64,000 nucleotides of DNA from positions 21,331-85,330 of the forward strand of contig BEIK01000001.1 of assembly GCA_002923395.1 (NCBI GenBank), in the 5' to 3' direction. Both the position numbers and the translations under genes were made by a program. Under the pieces are notes generated by a model. The model was not told the DNA's origin. It searched no databases and saw nothing but the letters and a program-made list of their open reading frames with translations. The DNA comes from a bacterium HR34 (GTDB taxonomy: Bacteria > Patescibacteriota > Minisyncoccia > Minisyncoccales > HRBIN34). Position 1 is the stretch's first letter. Every line of letters begins with the position of its first letter. Of this stretch, positions 30,054 to 40,156 are shown in pieces.

Positions 30054-31907
30054 ATGTGTGGAATATTCGCTTTTACAGGCAACATAGGGAAGAAAAGTTT
30101 ATTAAAAGGCATAAAAGCCTTGGAGCTTTTAGAGTATCGAGGTTATGATTCTTGTGGTTTGGCTTTTTGGGTTAAAACAGGTTTTAAGGTTATAAAAAAA
30201 ACAGGCTATGTGGAAAAACTTAAAGAAGAAATTTTAAAAAAATACAAAAATTTAGATTCTAATGTGGCTTTATTCCATACAAGGTGGGCAACTCACGGAG
30301 GGGTAACAGTTATGAACGCTCATCCTCATTTAGATTGTCAGAAAACTTTTTTTGTTGTACACAACGGCATAATTGACAACTTTCAAGAGTTAAAAAATAA
30401 CTTACAGGAAAAAGGCCACAAGTTTAAATCTCAAACAGATACAGAAGTTATAGCACATTTACTGGAAGAAAATTTTAAATCGACAAAGGACGTTGAAAAA
30501 TCTTTTCTAAAAGCATTAGCTTCTCTAAAGGGTTCTTTCGGAATTGTGGTTGCAAATTCTTACATTCCTGATTTATTAATGGTCGCAAGAAACTTTTCTC
30601 CTATTTATATTGGAATTGGTACAAAATTTAAAGTAGTTTCTTCTGATACAAACTCAATGGTTAGCTTTACCAATAAAATAATTTATTTGGAAGATGGCGA
30701 AGCGGCTTTTTTGAGGCCAGATAAAATAGAATTTAAAAATATATATTCTACAAAAAAAATTAATAAGAAAATTATTGTTTTTAATGTAAACAAAGAATTT
30801 ACATGCAAAGGAGAGTACAAACACTTTATGCTAAAAGAAATTTTTGAGCAACCCCAAGTTATTGAGAAGTCTTACTCGAATAAAATAGACTATAAAAACA
30901 AAAAGATTTTTTTGGATGCCTTTGAAAAGAATAAAAAAAGAATCAAAAATTTAAAAAGGGTTAAAATTATAGCCTGCGGAAGTTCTTTTAATGCAGGGCT
31001 TGTAGGTAAATATTTTTTTGAAAATGTTTGCAAAATACCCTGTGAAGCTGAGTGGGCTTCAGAATTTTCCGCCAGAGAGCCTGTTATCGACAAAGAAACT
31101 ATGTATATTTTTATATCTCAGTCAGGCGAGACAGCAGATACTATTTCAGCTTTAAGAAAAGTTAAGGAAAAAGGCGGTTTTTGCGTTGGTATTGTGAACA
31201 ATGTTGGTTCTACTATTTCAAGGATGGTAGATTGTGGATTTTTTAACCATGTTGGCCCCGAAATAGGCGTTGCCTCAACCAAAACAACAATATCTCAAAT
31301 AATAATTCTTTCTTTAATAGCAATGTGGCTTTCACAAGAAAAGAACATAATTTCTTCAAAAGAGATTGAAAAATTTATAAAACAAATTAAAAACACTCCA
31401 AAATATATACAAAGCGTTCTTGCAAAAACGAAAGAAATAGAAAATATTGTTGAGATTTATAAAAATTACAACAAGTTCTTATTCATAGGCAGGGGATATA
31501 ATTTTGGGTCTGCTGTGGAGGGCGCTTTAAAACTAAAAGAAATATCCTATATACCAAGCGAGGGCTATGGGGCAGGTGAAATGAAACATGGGCCAATTGC
31601 AATGATAGATAAAGATTTTCCTGTTTTTGCCATATGCTTTCAGGATTCAAATTATGATAAGATGTTGTCTAATATAGCAGAGGTTAAAGCAAGGGGGGGT
31701 AAAATCATAGCGTTGGCTAATTACGGCGACGAAAAAATAAAAAAGTTTGCCGACAATGTTATTTTCTTTGATAGAATTGAGGGTGAGTTTTTTTACAGTG
31801 TAATTGCTATTGTGTGCTTTCAATTATTTGCTTATTATATGGGTGTTAAAAAGGGTTTAAATGTTGACAGGCCTCGAAACTTGGCAAAGAGCGTGACAGT
31901 TCAATAA
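30054..31907 (+). CDS. glmS: Glutamine--fructose-6-phosphate aminotransferase
   Basis: 'MCGI', 'HTRWATHG', 'SQSGETADT', 'PRNLAKSVTV'. Confidence 0.98.
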   Translation: MCGIFAFTGNIGKKSLLKGIKALELLEYRGYDSCGLAFWVKTGFKVIKKTGYVEKLKEEILKKYKNLDSNVALFHTRWATHGGVTVMNAHPHLDCQKTFFVVHNGIIDNFQELKNNLQEKGHKFKSQTDTEVIAHLLEENFKSTKDVEKSFLKALASLKGSFGIVVANSYIPDLLMVARNFSPIYIGIGTKFKVVSSDTNSMVSFTNKIIYLEDGEAAFLRPDKIEFKNIYSTKKINKKIIVFNVNKEFTCKGEYKHFMLKEIFEQPQVIEKSYSNKIDYKNKKIFLDAFEKNKKRIKNLKRVKIIACGSSFNAGLVGKYFFENVCKIPCEAEWASEFSAREPVIDKETMYIFISQSGETADTISALRKVKEKGGFCVGIVNNVGSTISRMVDCGFFNHVGPEIGVASTKTTISQIIILSLIAMWLSQEKNIISSKEIEKFIKQIKNTPKYIQSVLAKTKEIENIVEIYKNYNKFLFIGRGYNFGSAVEGALKLKEISYIPSEGYGAGEMKHGPIAMIDKDFPVFAICFQDSNYDKMLSNIAEVKARGGKIIALANYGDEKIKKFADNVIFFDRIEGEFFYSVIAIVCFQLFAYYMGVKKGLNVDRPRNLAKSVTVQ

Positions 31908-31912
31908 ACTAT

Positions 31913-32932
31913 ATGAAAATTAAAATTTATAAAAGAAAAATAAAAGACAAAAGAATAGTTATTATTGGCGGTGGCACAGGAACATCAACCTTACTTTATG
32001 GATTAAAAAAATATCCTGTAAAATTAAGAGCTATTGTTACTGTAACAGATAGAGGGGGATCTAGTGGAATTTTAAGAGATGAGTTTGGGATTTTGCCACC
32101 AGGTGACATAAGACAGTGTATTGTTGCTTTGGCGCAAGAAGACCTTATTTTGAGAAAACTTTTTTTGTATAGATTTGATAAGGGAAGCTTGAAAGGTCAT
32201 AACTTTGGAAACATTTTTATGACAGCACTTGAGAGAATTACAGGTGATTTTGATAAGGCAGTATATTACGCCTGCAAGATATTAAATGTAAAAGGTAAAG
32301 TTATTCCAGTGAGTTTAGAAAAGACAAACGTATGTGCTTTGCTAAAAAATGGTAAAATACTCACAGGGCAAAATAATATTTTAAAGTATAAAAAGCTATA
32401 CAAGGATATTAATAAAATTTTCGTTAACCCTAAAGTTGAAGCTAATCCGGCTGCCGTCTCGTCTATTTTAAAGGCCGATATGATAGTTATCGGACCTGGT
32501 GATTTTTTTACAAGTTTATTGCCAAATTTAGTAATCGACGGAATAAAAGAATCATTAATTATTTCAAAGGCGGTTAAAATTTTTAACTGTAATTTAATGA
32601 CAAGAGAGTGGCAGACAGAAGGTTATTCTGTTTTGGATTTTAAAAATATTTTAGAGGAACATTTAGGTAAGAAAGATTTTTTTGATTTTATAATATACAA
32701 CAACAAAATTCCCTCAAAAGAATTTCTAGAGGCTTATGCAATTAAGGGAGAAAAACCAGTTGCCTTTGATAATGTTCCAGAGGGCGACAGTAGGTTTATA
32801 GGCTATGACTTAATAAGTAAAAGAGTTCAAAAGCAATTGAAGGGCGACTTAATAGAAAGGACATTAATAAGGCATAACCCAGACAGGATAGCAAAAATTC
32901 TACTTACTATTCTATCAACATACAAAAATTAA
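31913..32932 (+). CDS. yvcK: YvcK/GlmR (CofD-related) protein
   Basis: 'IGGGTG', 'DRGGSSG', 'PPGDIRQC', 'GHNFGN', 'RHNPD'. Confidence 0.92.
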   Translation: MKIKIYKRKIKDKRIVIIGGGTGTSTLLYGLKKYPVKLRAIVTVTDRGGSSGILRDEFGILPPGDIRQCIVALAQEDLILRKLFLYRFDKGSLKGHNFGNIFMTALERITGDFDKAVYYACKILNVKGKVIPVSLEKTNVCALLKNGKILTGQNNILKYKKLYKDINKIFVNPKVEANPAAVSSILKADMIVIGPGDFFTSLLPNLVIDGIKESLIISKAVKIFNCNLMTREWQTEGYSVLDFKNILEEHLGKKDFFDFIIYNNKIPSKEFLEAYAIKGEKPVAFDNVPEGDSRFIGYDLISKRVQKQLKGDLIERTLIRHNPDRIAKILLTILSTYKN

Positions 32933-32937
32933 ATTTT

Positions 32938-34149
32938 ATGCAAGCTGTAATTATAGCAGCAGGTGAATCAAAAAGATTTTGGCCTTTTAATGCTCACACA
33001 AAAAGTCTTTTTAAGATAATGGGGAAACCTATAATTTTTTACACATTAAAATCTTTAGAAAAATTAGGGATAAAAGAGGCAATAATAGTTCAAAAAAACA
33101 ATAGAGAAGTTGAGGATTTTCTTTCTGAATATAGGTTTAAAATAAAAATAAATTATGTTTGCCAAAAAGAGCAAAAAGGAACAGCAGATGCCATACTTTG
33201 CGCTAAAAAATTTATAAAAGGCGACTTCTTGTTTTTATCAGGTCACAAAGCGGACGTAAAAGATTATTTTAAAAATTTGTTTTCAGAATATAAAAAGAAA
33301 AAAACAGTTGTGATGTCTTTGCAAAAAATTAGTTCTGACGAAGTTAAAAAAAATAAATATCACAGCGCTGTTATTAAAAATAGAAAAGTTCTTAAAATAA
33401 CTGAAGAATGCAAAGAAAGCGAGTGTTTCAAAGTTAATGAAGTTTACATTTTAACAAAAAGTTTTCTTGATGTTTTAGAAAAATTTAAAAATGAAGAAAA
33501 AGGTTTAATAACAGCCTTGAATAATTTTATTAGAAAAAATGAAGTCGCTTTTTCTATTCTGAAAAACTCTTTAACATTAAAATATCCATGGCATTTGTTT
33601 GCAATAAGAGATTATATTTTTAAAAATTTTTTAAAAAACAGAATATCAAAAAGCGTGAAAATTGGCAAAAACGTAGTGTTTAATGGAAAAGTTTTTATAG
33701 GAGAAAATACTATAATAGGGAATAATGTTGTTTTTAACGGAAATGTTTATATAGGAGATAATTCACAAATAGGCGATTTTAATGTTTTTAGCGAAAACAT
33801 AAATATAGAAAAGAACTTTAAATCAGGAACATTTTTAGAGGTTAAAAATTCCATAATTGGAGAAGGTGTAAGATTTCATGGAGGTTATTTGGGCGATTCT
33901 ATTATTGGAAATAATTGTAAAATAGGACATCATATTACAACTTGCAACTTTCTTTTATCAGAAAAAGATATTAAGTGCATGGGTGTTGATACAAAAATGA
34001 GAAAGTTAGGGTTAATTTTGGGAGGTAATTCTTCGTTGGGTGCTTGTGTTTGCACTATGCCGGGAACTGTTGTAGGAAATAATTGCAAAATATATCCCTT
34101 TTTAAAAATTAAAGGTTTTTTTGAAGATAATAAAGTTATAAAAGAATAA
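32938..34149 (+). CDS. Bifunctional sugar-1-phosphate nucleotidyltransferase/acetyltransferase (GlmU-like)
   Basis: 'IIAAGESKRFWP', 'QKGTADAI', 'YPWHL', C-terminal hexapeptide repeats. Confidence 0.82.
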   Translation: MQAVIIAAGESKRFWPFNAHTKSLFKIMGKPIIFYTLKSLEKLGIKEAIIVQKNNREVEDFLSEYRFKIKINYVCQKEQKGTADAILCAKKFIKGDFLFLSGHKADVKDYFKNLFSEYKKKKTVVMSLQKISSDEVKKNKYHSAVIKNRKVLKITEECKESECFKVNEVYILTKSFLDVLEKFKNEEKGLITALNNFIRKNEVAFSILKNSLTLKYPWHLFAIRDYIFKNFLKNRISKSVKIGKNVVFNGKVFIGENTIIGNNVVFNGNVYIGDNSQIGDFNVFSENINIEKNFKSGTFLEVKNSIIGEGVRFHGGYLGDSIIGNNCKIGHHITTCNFLLSEKDIKCMGVDTKMRKLGLILGGNSSLGACVCTMPGTVVGNNCKIYPFLKIKGFFEDNKVIKE

Positions 34150-34153
34150 TTTT

Positions 34154-34666
34154 ATGCTTGATATTTTTTATTTTGGTTTTCAGGAATTAAATAATCTAGC
34201 TGGCAAAAATGAAGTTTTAGATAATATTTTCAGATTTTTAGCAGATTATTTGGTTTATCTAATTATTTTAATTGCTTTTTTATATTTAATCCACAAGAAT
34301 AAAACTTATTACTTTTTGTCTGCTTTTATCTATGCCATTGTAGCGAGGCTTACAATTGTTGAAGTAATAAAAAGAGTTATTCAAAGCCCGCGACCATTTG
34401 AGGTTTTAGATGTTAATTTACTTATAAACGAATCAAGTAAATTTTCTTTTCCATCAGGGCATACAATTTTTTTGTCTACATTTTCAACAATTATCTTTAT
34501 TTACGACAAAAAACTTGGGGCAGTGTTATTTTTTTTAAGTGCTTTAGTTGGAGTTTCAAGAGTAATAGTGGGCGTGCATTGGCCCGTTGATATTTTAGGA
34601 GGTGCTATAATTGGAATTTTATTTGGCCTCACTTTTTATAGATTAGGTAAAAGAATAATTAAATAA
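34154..34666 (+). CDS. PAP2 family phosphatase (undecaprenyl-diphosphatase-like)
   Basis: 'K..IQSPRP', 'SFPSGH', 'SRVIVGVHWPVD'. Confidence 0.92.
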   Translation: MLDIFYFGFQELNNLAGKNEVLDNIFRFLADYLVYLIILIAFLYLIHKNKTYYFLSAFIYAIVARLTIVEVIKRVIQSPRPFEVLDVNLLINESSKFSFPSGHTIFLSTFSTIIFIYDKKLGAVLFFLSALVGVSRVIVGVHWPVDILGGAIIGILFGLTFYRLGKRIIK

Positions 34667-34789
34667 ATATGATAAGTTGTGAGTAGAAAATTAATAAATA
34701 ATATGGCTTCTAAAAATATTTTAAAAATTTTTGGCAGAAAACTTAAAATTTAGCTTTTTAGTTTTAGCTAAAAAAAAACACACTTTATC

Positions 34790-35278
34790 TTAATTAATAT
34801 TTAAATCCTTACTTCTTGCTATTAATATAACTTCATCTCCTCTAAAAAAGTCGGGTATAACAGCAACTGGTTTTGCATTTAATGTTTTTTTGTAAAGCTT
34901 TTGTGCTTGATTCTCAATTCCAGTAGTTACTTTAACCAATTTTAGTCTAGATCCTCTTATCTCTAATTTTTTTATAATATCTTTGAGCGATTCTTTTATT
35001 AATTTTGAACCTAATCCTTTACCTTGTTCTTTAGGAGTTACGGCTATTTGTTCTAGTTCTATTACTGCATCTTTTCTAAAACCCCCTAACTCTACCCATA
35101 AAATATAACCCTTAATCCTACCATCATCAATAACATAATACCTATTTGCTGGATACCCTAAATACTTTAACCTGATCCATTCTTTAACTATATCGATATC
35201 ATTCATACCATGAAAACATTCCAGATATATTTTGGCTACATTCTCTATATCATCTTCTTTCATCTTTCTAATGATCAT
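34790..35278 (-). CDS. GNAT family N-acetyltransferase
   Basis: 'IAVTPKEQGKGLGSKLI', 'AQKLY'. Confidence 0.9.
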   Translation of the reverse strand: MIIRKMKEDDIENVAKIYLECFHGMNDIDIVKEWIRLKYLGYPANRYYVIDDGRIKGYILWVELGGFRKDAVIELEQIAVTPKEQGKGLGSKLIKESLKDIIKKLEIRGSRLKLVKVTTGIENQAQKLYKKTLNAKPVAVIPDFFRGDEVILIARSKDLNIN

Positions 35279-35423
35279 ACATTTACATTTAATTTATAAT
35301 TAATACCTATGAAATTGTTTCTATATTACTTATTTTGATAAAAATAAAACAACAGGTCAACATTGTCTATATATCATTACTTTTATAACGATGAGTGGAT
35401 GAATATTTTTTAACTTTTATCTG

Positions 35424-35495
35424 AGCCGGAGGCGGGATTTGAACCCGCGACCTATCGCTTACGAAGCGATTGCTCTGCCGCTGAGCTACTCCGGC
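35424..35495 (-). tRNA. tRNA-Thr(CGT)
   Basis: GCCGGAG...CTCCGGC-T; anticodon arm ATCGC-TTCGTAA-GCGAT. Confidence 0.95.
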
Positions 35496-35507
35496 TTTTA
35501 TATTGTG

Positions 35508-35590
35508 TGCCGGGAGTGGGATTTGAACCCACACGGGATTACTCCCACAGGGTCCTAAGCCCTGCGCGTCTGCCATTCCGCCACCCCGGC
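35508..35590 (-). tRNA. tRNA-Leu(TAG)
   Basis: GCCGGGG...TCCCGGC-A; anticodon arm CAGGG-CTTAGGA-CCCTG; long variable arm. Confidence 0.96.
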
Positions 35591-35689
35591 AAGTTTAATT
35601 ATTTATTTTATACAATTTTTAGATTTTTGAGAAATAAAAAACTAGCAGATTAAAATTATTTTAATTGAGATATAAAAATTTTTAAGTTG

Positions 35690-35772
35690 TGCCCGGGGTG
35701 GGACTCGAACCCACACGGGATTGCTCCCACAAGATTTTAAGTCTTGCGCGTCTGCCATTCCGCCACCCGGGC
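35690..35772 (-). tRNA. tRNA-Leu(TAA)
   Basis: GCCCGGG...CCCGGGC-A; anticodon arm CAAGA-CTTAAAA-TCTTG; long variable arm. Confidence 0.96.
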
Positions 35773-35916
35773 AAATTATTGATTAATTTTAATATGATTT
35801 TTATAAATTTGCAAATTAAATTATACCGCTTTTTGACGTTGTTTATGTTTACTAAAATAACCTTTTAGATTAAAAGTAAAACTAATAAACAACAAAATAA
35901 TAAATTGATTTTAAGA

Positions 35917-35953
35917 TTGCCACAAACGTTCACGATCGTAAATGTTTGGGCAA
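35917..35953. promoter_or_regulatory. Imperfect palindrome upstream of parAB (candidate parS variant)
   Basis: TTGCCACAAACGTTC-ACGATCGT-AAATGTTTGGGCAA, dyad centred on ACGATCGT. Confidence 0.45.
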
Positions 35954-36317
35954 GAAGGATTTTTATAAAATTTTCTATATGTTTATTTATACCTTTTTGG
36001 CTGCACTAAAGAAAAGATAAAGTTCTTTTCTTTCGTTGTCGTTATTAATCCTGTTATTAATCCAATATTTTCAAGTAGTTTGATAAATTCCCATTAGTTG
36101 AATTTAATTGATTTTTTCCCTTTTATAACTAAAGTTTATTCAGTTTTTCATGACTTTTTACTATTTATTCAAATTTTAGTGGAATTCCAACTTTTAATCG
36201 AAAGAGTTTACCAACTCGAATATTTATTTTAGGTTAGATTGCTAATTGTTTTTTATATTTTGTAAAAAATATAACTATGGTAATATTATAGAATAGTTTA
36301 TTTATATTATAACCCAT

Positions 36318-37091
36318 ATGGCAATTACCGTTAACGTTTGCAATCAAAAAGGCGGAGTAGGGAAAACAACAATTTCTTACAATTTGGCGTCGTTTCTTTC
36401 AAAAAAAGAAAATTTTAGGGTTTTACTTGTTGATATGGATCCGCAAGGAAACTTAACTTTTTTAGTTGGTTTTGATTCAAAAAATCTTTCTATTTCTGTT
36501 TATCACGTTTTAATTGGGCAGGTGCCATTACAATCAGCAATTAAAAGATGCCAAAATTTGCCGTGCGATATTTTGCCTTCTTCCTTTGATTTGGCGGGTG
36601 CTACAGCAGAACTTATCGACGAAGATGACAGAATAGAAAGATTAAACAATATATTAGAGCAGGTTAAAAATGATTATGATCTAATTATTATAGACTCTCC
36701 GCCGAGTTTGGGGATTCTTACCGTTAACGCTTTATTTGCAAGCGATGTTGTTTTGATACCAGTTCAAACAGAAGTTTTGGCAATAGAAGGTTTAAGTCAG
36801 CTTTTGAAAACCGTAAAAATAATAGGCGAGAATACGGGAAAAGTTATAGACAAAATCGGAATAGTGATGACAATGTATAAAAAAAATAGTAAAATATCTC
36901 AAGAGGTTATGAAAAAAATTTTAAGAGAATACGGCGACAATTATGTTTTTGAAAGTTATATTCCGTTTTCAGATATTTTTTCAAAGTCAGCTTTTTACAA
37001 AAAAAGCATATTTGACATAAAGGATAATTCTAAGGCGGTTGAAAAGTTTTCTCAGTTTTCAAAAGAATTTTTATATTTTATTAAAAAGTAA
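36318..37091 (+). CDS. parA: ParA/Soj family ATPase
   Basis: 'NQKGGVGKTT', 'VDMDPQGN', 'IIDSPPSLG'. Confidence 0.95.
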   Translation: MAITVNVCNQKGGVGKTTISYNLASFLSKKENFRVLLVDMDPQGNLTFLVGFDSKNLSISVYHVLIGQVPLQSAIKRCQNLPCDILPSSFDLAGATAELIDEDDRIERLNNILEQVKNDYDLIIIDSPPSLGILTVNALFASDVVLIPVQTEVLAIEGLSQLLKTVKIIGENTGKVIDKIGIVMTMYKKNSKISQEVMKKILREYGDNYVFESYIPFSDIFSKSAFYKKSIFDIKDNSKAVEKFSQFSKEFLYFIKK

Positions 37092-37100
37092 AAATAAAAA

Positions 37101-37946
37101 ATGAAAAGAGTTCCAAAGGGTATAGAATCTTTAATACCCAAAAAAAGGAAGAAAAAAGATAAAGAAGAAAAAGATTACGTTTTTTATGTTGAGATAGATA
37201 AAATATTTCCAAATCCTTATCAGCCAAGAAAGGAATTCGATAAAAATTCTCTTGAAGAGTTGGCACAATCAATAAAAGAGCATGGTATTTTACAACCCTT
37301 GATTGTTACAAGAGTAGAGAAGGACAATGATTTTTATTATCAGTTGGTTGCAGGTGAAAGAAGGTTTTTGGCAGCTAAAATGGTAGGTTTGAAACTTGCG
37401 CCTGTCTTAATAAAGGAATTAGACGACAGAAAAAAATTAGAACTTGCTTTAATTGAAAACCTCCAAAGAGAAGATTTAAACCCAATAGATAAAGCCGAGG
37501 CGCTGTTAAAACTTCAAAAAGAATTTAATCTTACACAAGAGCAAATCAGCAATATAATGGGAAAGAGCAGAGTTTACATAACCAATCTTTTGAGAATTTT
37601 AAAACTGCCTCAAAAAGTTCAAAATATGATTAGGAAGAAAATGTTGTCAGAAGGTCATGCAAAAGTTTTGCTGTCTTTGAAAGATGAAAAACAGATTATC
37701 TATTTTGCTGAAAAAGTTGTTAGAAGTAATCTTTCCGTGAGAGAACTTGAAAACTTAGTACAGAAATATACAATTTGGAAACCAAGGAAAAATAAAATTC
37801 CTCTTCAAAAACTTAAAGATATTGAAGTAAAGTTAAAAGAGATTTTTGGGGATGATAAAAAGTTCAAAGTAGGGCAGGAAGCAGGAAGAATTAAAATAAC
37901 TTTTTATTTAGAAAAAGAGAGCGATTTGGATGAATTCTTAAAATAA
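37101..37946 (+). CDS. parB: ParB/Spo0J partition protein
   Basis: 'NPYQPRKEF', 'GILQPLIV', 'AGERR', 'ENLQREDL', HTH. Confidence 0.96.
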   Translation: MKRVPKGIESLIPKKRKKKDKEEKDYVFYVEIDKIFPNPYQPRKEFDKNSLEELAQSIKEHGILQPLIVTRVEKDNDFYYQLVAGERRFLAAKMVGLKLAPVLIKELDDRKKLELALIENLQREDLNPIDKAEALLKLQKEFNLTQEQISNIMGKSRVYITNLLRILKLPQKVQNMIRKKMLSEGHAKVLLSLKDEKQIIYFAEKVVRSNLSVRELENLVQKYTIWKPRKNKIPLQKLKDIEVKLKEIFGDDKKFKVGQEAGRIKITFYLEKESDLDEFLK

Positions 37947-37948
37947 CA

Positions 37949-40156
37949 TCACCCTATTCTTAGCAATCTCTGTATTATATTCTTTTCTACCTTCTTTACG
38001 ATCAAAATATTTGGCAATGTTTTTATTTTATCTATGAAATCCATTATTTCCTTTACGCCGTTTACTTTTACTTGAAGTATTATTTGTTTATCGCCCGTCT
38101 TTTTATCTGTTTTTATAATATTTTCAATTATTTCTATTTTCATTTCGTTTATAATGTCAAATATGTTTTTTATTGTTTCTTGGTTGTCTTTTGTTTGTAT
38201 TTCAAAATATACAACAGAAGGTTTAAACTCGCTCCAGTCAGCCTCCATTATTCTTTCTGGCCATTTTCTTATTAAATCTTTAATTATTTTGCAGTCTTTT
38301 TTATGAACAGAAGCGCCTCTATCTCTTGTGATAAAAGCAACTATTTCATCTCCTTTTTGAGGATTGCAACACTTTGATAAATAAAAAGCTATATTTGTTT
38401 GACCGCCAAACACTATAGGAGATTTTACTTTTTGCGTTTCAGTACTCTCTCTTTTAGGTATTATTTTTTCAAAAATTTTCAACCTTGGTTTTTCATCTTT
38501 TTCAAGCAAATATTTTGCCACTTGGGAGGCTAAAATTTCACCCTTACCAATTTTCAAGAGTAAATCACTGGCAGAACTCAATTTCGTTTTTTCTAAAATT
38601 TTTTCAACCTCCTTCTTTGATAACTTTGCAAACTTTTTACCAACAGAAACAATTAACTCTTTGTCTAATATTTCTTCTCCTGCTTTTAGATAATCAGATA
38701 CTTTTTCTTTCTCCAAAAATTCTTTTATTCTTGATTTAGCAAGTCTTGTTTTTACAAATTGAAGCCAGTGAGGAGAAGGAGATTTATTTTTATCTGTTAT
38801 TATTTCAACGACATCAAAATTCTTTAACTCATGAGAAAGAGGAACCAACTTTCCGTTTACTTTTGCTTTTGAACATTTATTTCCTATTTCTGTATGGACA
38901 GCGTATGCAAAATCAACAGGCGTTGATCCTTCTGGCAAATCTATAACATCTCCTTTTGGAGTAAAAATAAAAATTCTTTCCTTGAAAAAATCCAACCTTA
39001 GCCCTTCCAAAAACTCTTTTGACCCAGATGTATTTTTTAGCCATTCGTTCAATTGCTGTATCCACGCAAATTTTTTTCTTAATTTTTTAGGATTAACTTT
39101 TTCTTTAAAAGACCAGTGAGAACATATACCAAACTCTGCTTCAAGATGCATTTCTACTGTCCTTATTTGTATTTCTATAATTTTTCCTCCTATGCTAAAA
39201 ACAGTTGTATGAAGGCTTTGATATCCGTTTGGTTTTGGCAGAGCAATGTAATCTTTTATTCTGCCTGGCAATGGCTTCCATATTTCGTGTATCAATCCCA
39301 ACGTTTTGTAGCACTCTTCTTTTTTGTTTACTATTATTCTTAAAGCAATAATATCATAAATTTTGTCGACATCCATATCATACCTTAAAAGTTTTTTGTA
39401 AAAACTCCAATAATGTTTTATTCTAGAATCAATTGCAACTGGTTTTATTCCATTTTTTGATAAGTATTTAAGCAAGAATCTTTTTACTTTTTCCAAATAT
39501 TTTTGCTTTTCTTTAACGGTGTTGTCTATTATTCCTTTAGCATATTTGTATTCTTCTGGATAAAGATATTTAAAAGCCAAATCTTCAAGTTCGCCTTTTA
39601 TTTTTCCAATTCCAAGCCTTTCTGCTATTGGAGCGAATATTTCCATCGTTTCAAAGGCCAAACGTGGTTTCTTTTCATCAGGAACATATTCTAAAGTGCG
39701 CATATTGTCTAACCTGTCAGCGATTTTTATTATTATAACCCTTATATCTTCTCCCATTGCAAAAAACATTTTACGCAAATTCTCACTTTCGTAATCATCA
39801 ATATTAGGCTTTATATTTAGCTTAGAAAATTTTTCTTTCGGGTACCTTAACTTCCCAAGTTCCGTTACACCTTTTACCAACATTGCTATTTCTTCTCCAA
39901 AATTATCTTCTATATCTTTTATTGTATATTTAGTATCTTCTGGAACGTCGTGGAGTAGGGCTGCTGCCACTGCCTTGTCAGAAAGTTTTAAGTCTTTAAC
40001 TATTTTAGCAACTCTTAAAGGGTGATTTATATAAGGTTCTCCAGAGTATCTTTTTTGGCCTTCGTGAGCGTTTTTAGAGAACTCAAAAGCCTTTTTTACT
40101 AAATCAGATTCGCTTTCTATATCAAGTATTAAGTTGTTTGCTTTTGTTGCTTTCAC
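37949..40156 (-). CDS. rel: Long RelA/SpoT homolog (HD, SYNTH, TGS, ZFD, ACT-like)
   Basis: 'RYSGEPYINHP', 'LLHDVPED', 'ADRLDNMRT', 'NGYQSLHT', 'TPVDFAYAVH', 'KCCNP'. Confidence 0.96.
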   Translation of the reverse strand: MKATKANNLILDIESESDLVKKAFEFSKNAHEGQKRYSGEPYINHPLRVAKIVKDLKLSDKAVAAALLHDVPEDTKYTIKDIEDNFGEEIAMLVKGVTELGKLRYPKEKFSKLNIKPNIDDYESENLRKMFFAMGEDIRVIIIKIADRLDNMRTLEYVPDEKKPRLAFETMEIFAPIAERLGIGKIKGELEDLAFKYLYPEEYKYAKGIIDNTVKEKQKYLEKVKRFLLKYLSKNGIKPVAIDSRIKHYWSFYKKLLRYDMDVDKIYDIIALRIIVNKKEECYKTLGLIHEIWKPLPGRIKDYIALPKPNGYQSLHTTVFSIGGKIIEIQIRTVEMHLEAEFGICSHWSFKEKVNPKKLRKKFAWIQQLNEWLKNTSGSKEFLEGLRLDFFKERIFIFTPKGDVIDLPEGSTPVDFAYAVHTEIGNKCSKAKVNGKLVPLSHELKNFDVVEIITDKNKSPSPHWLQFVKTRLAKSRIKEFLEKEKVSDYLKAGEEILDKELIVSVGKKFAKLSKKEVEKILEKTKLSSASDLLLKIGKGEILASQVAKYLLEKDEKPRLKIFEKIIPKRESTETQKVKSPIVFGGQTNIAFYLSKCCNPQKGDEIVAFITRDRGASVHKKDCKIIKDLIRKWPERIMEADWSEFKPSVVYFEIQTKDNQETIKNIFDIINEMKIEIIENIIKTDKKTGDKQIILQVKVNGVKEIMDFIDKIKTLPNILIVKKVEKNIIQRLLRIG

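Noticed and set aside
35367-35576. 69-aa minus-strand ORF
   Set aside because: It is the translation of the tRNA-Leu and tRNA-Thr genes.
35773-36317. AT-rich gap next to parAB as oriC
   Set aside because: No TTATCCACA-type DnaA boxes seen and no dnaA/dnaN in the window. Only an 11-bp direct repeat (GTTATTAATCC at 36041 and 36053) and a weak A/T hairpin (36008-36033) are present.
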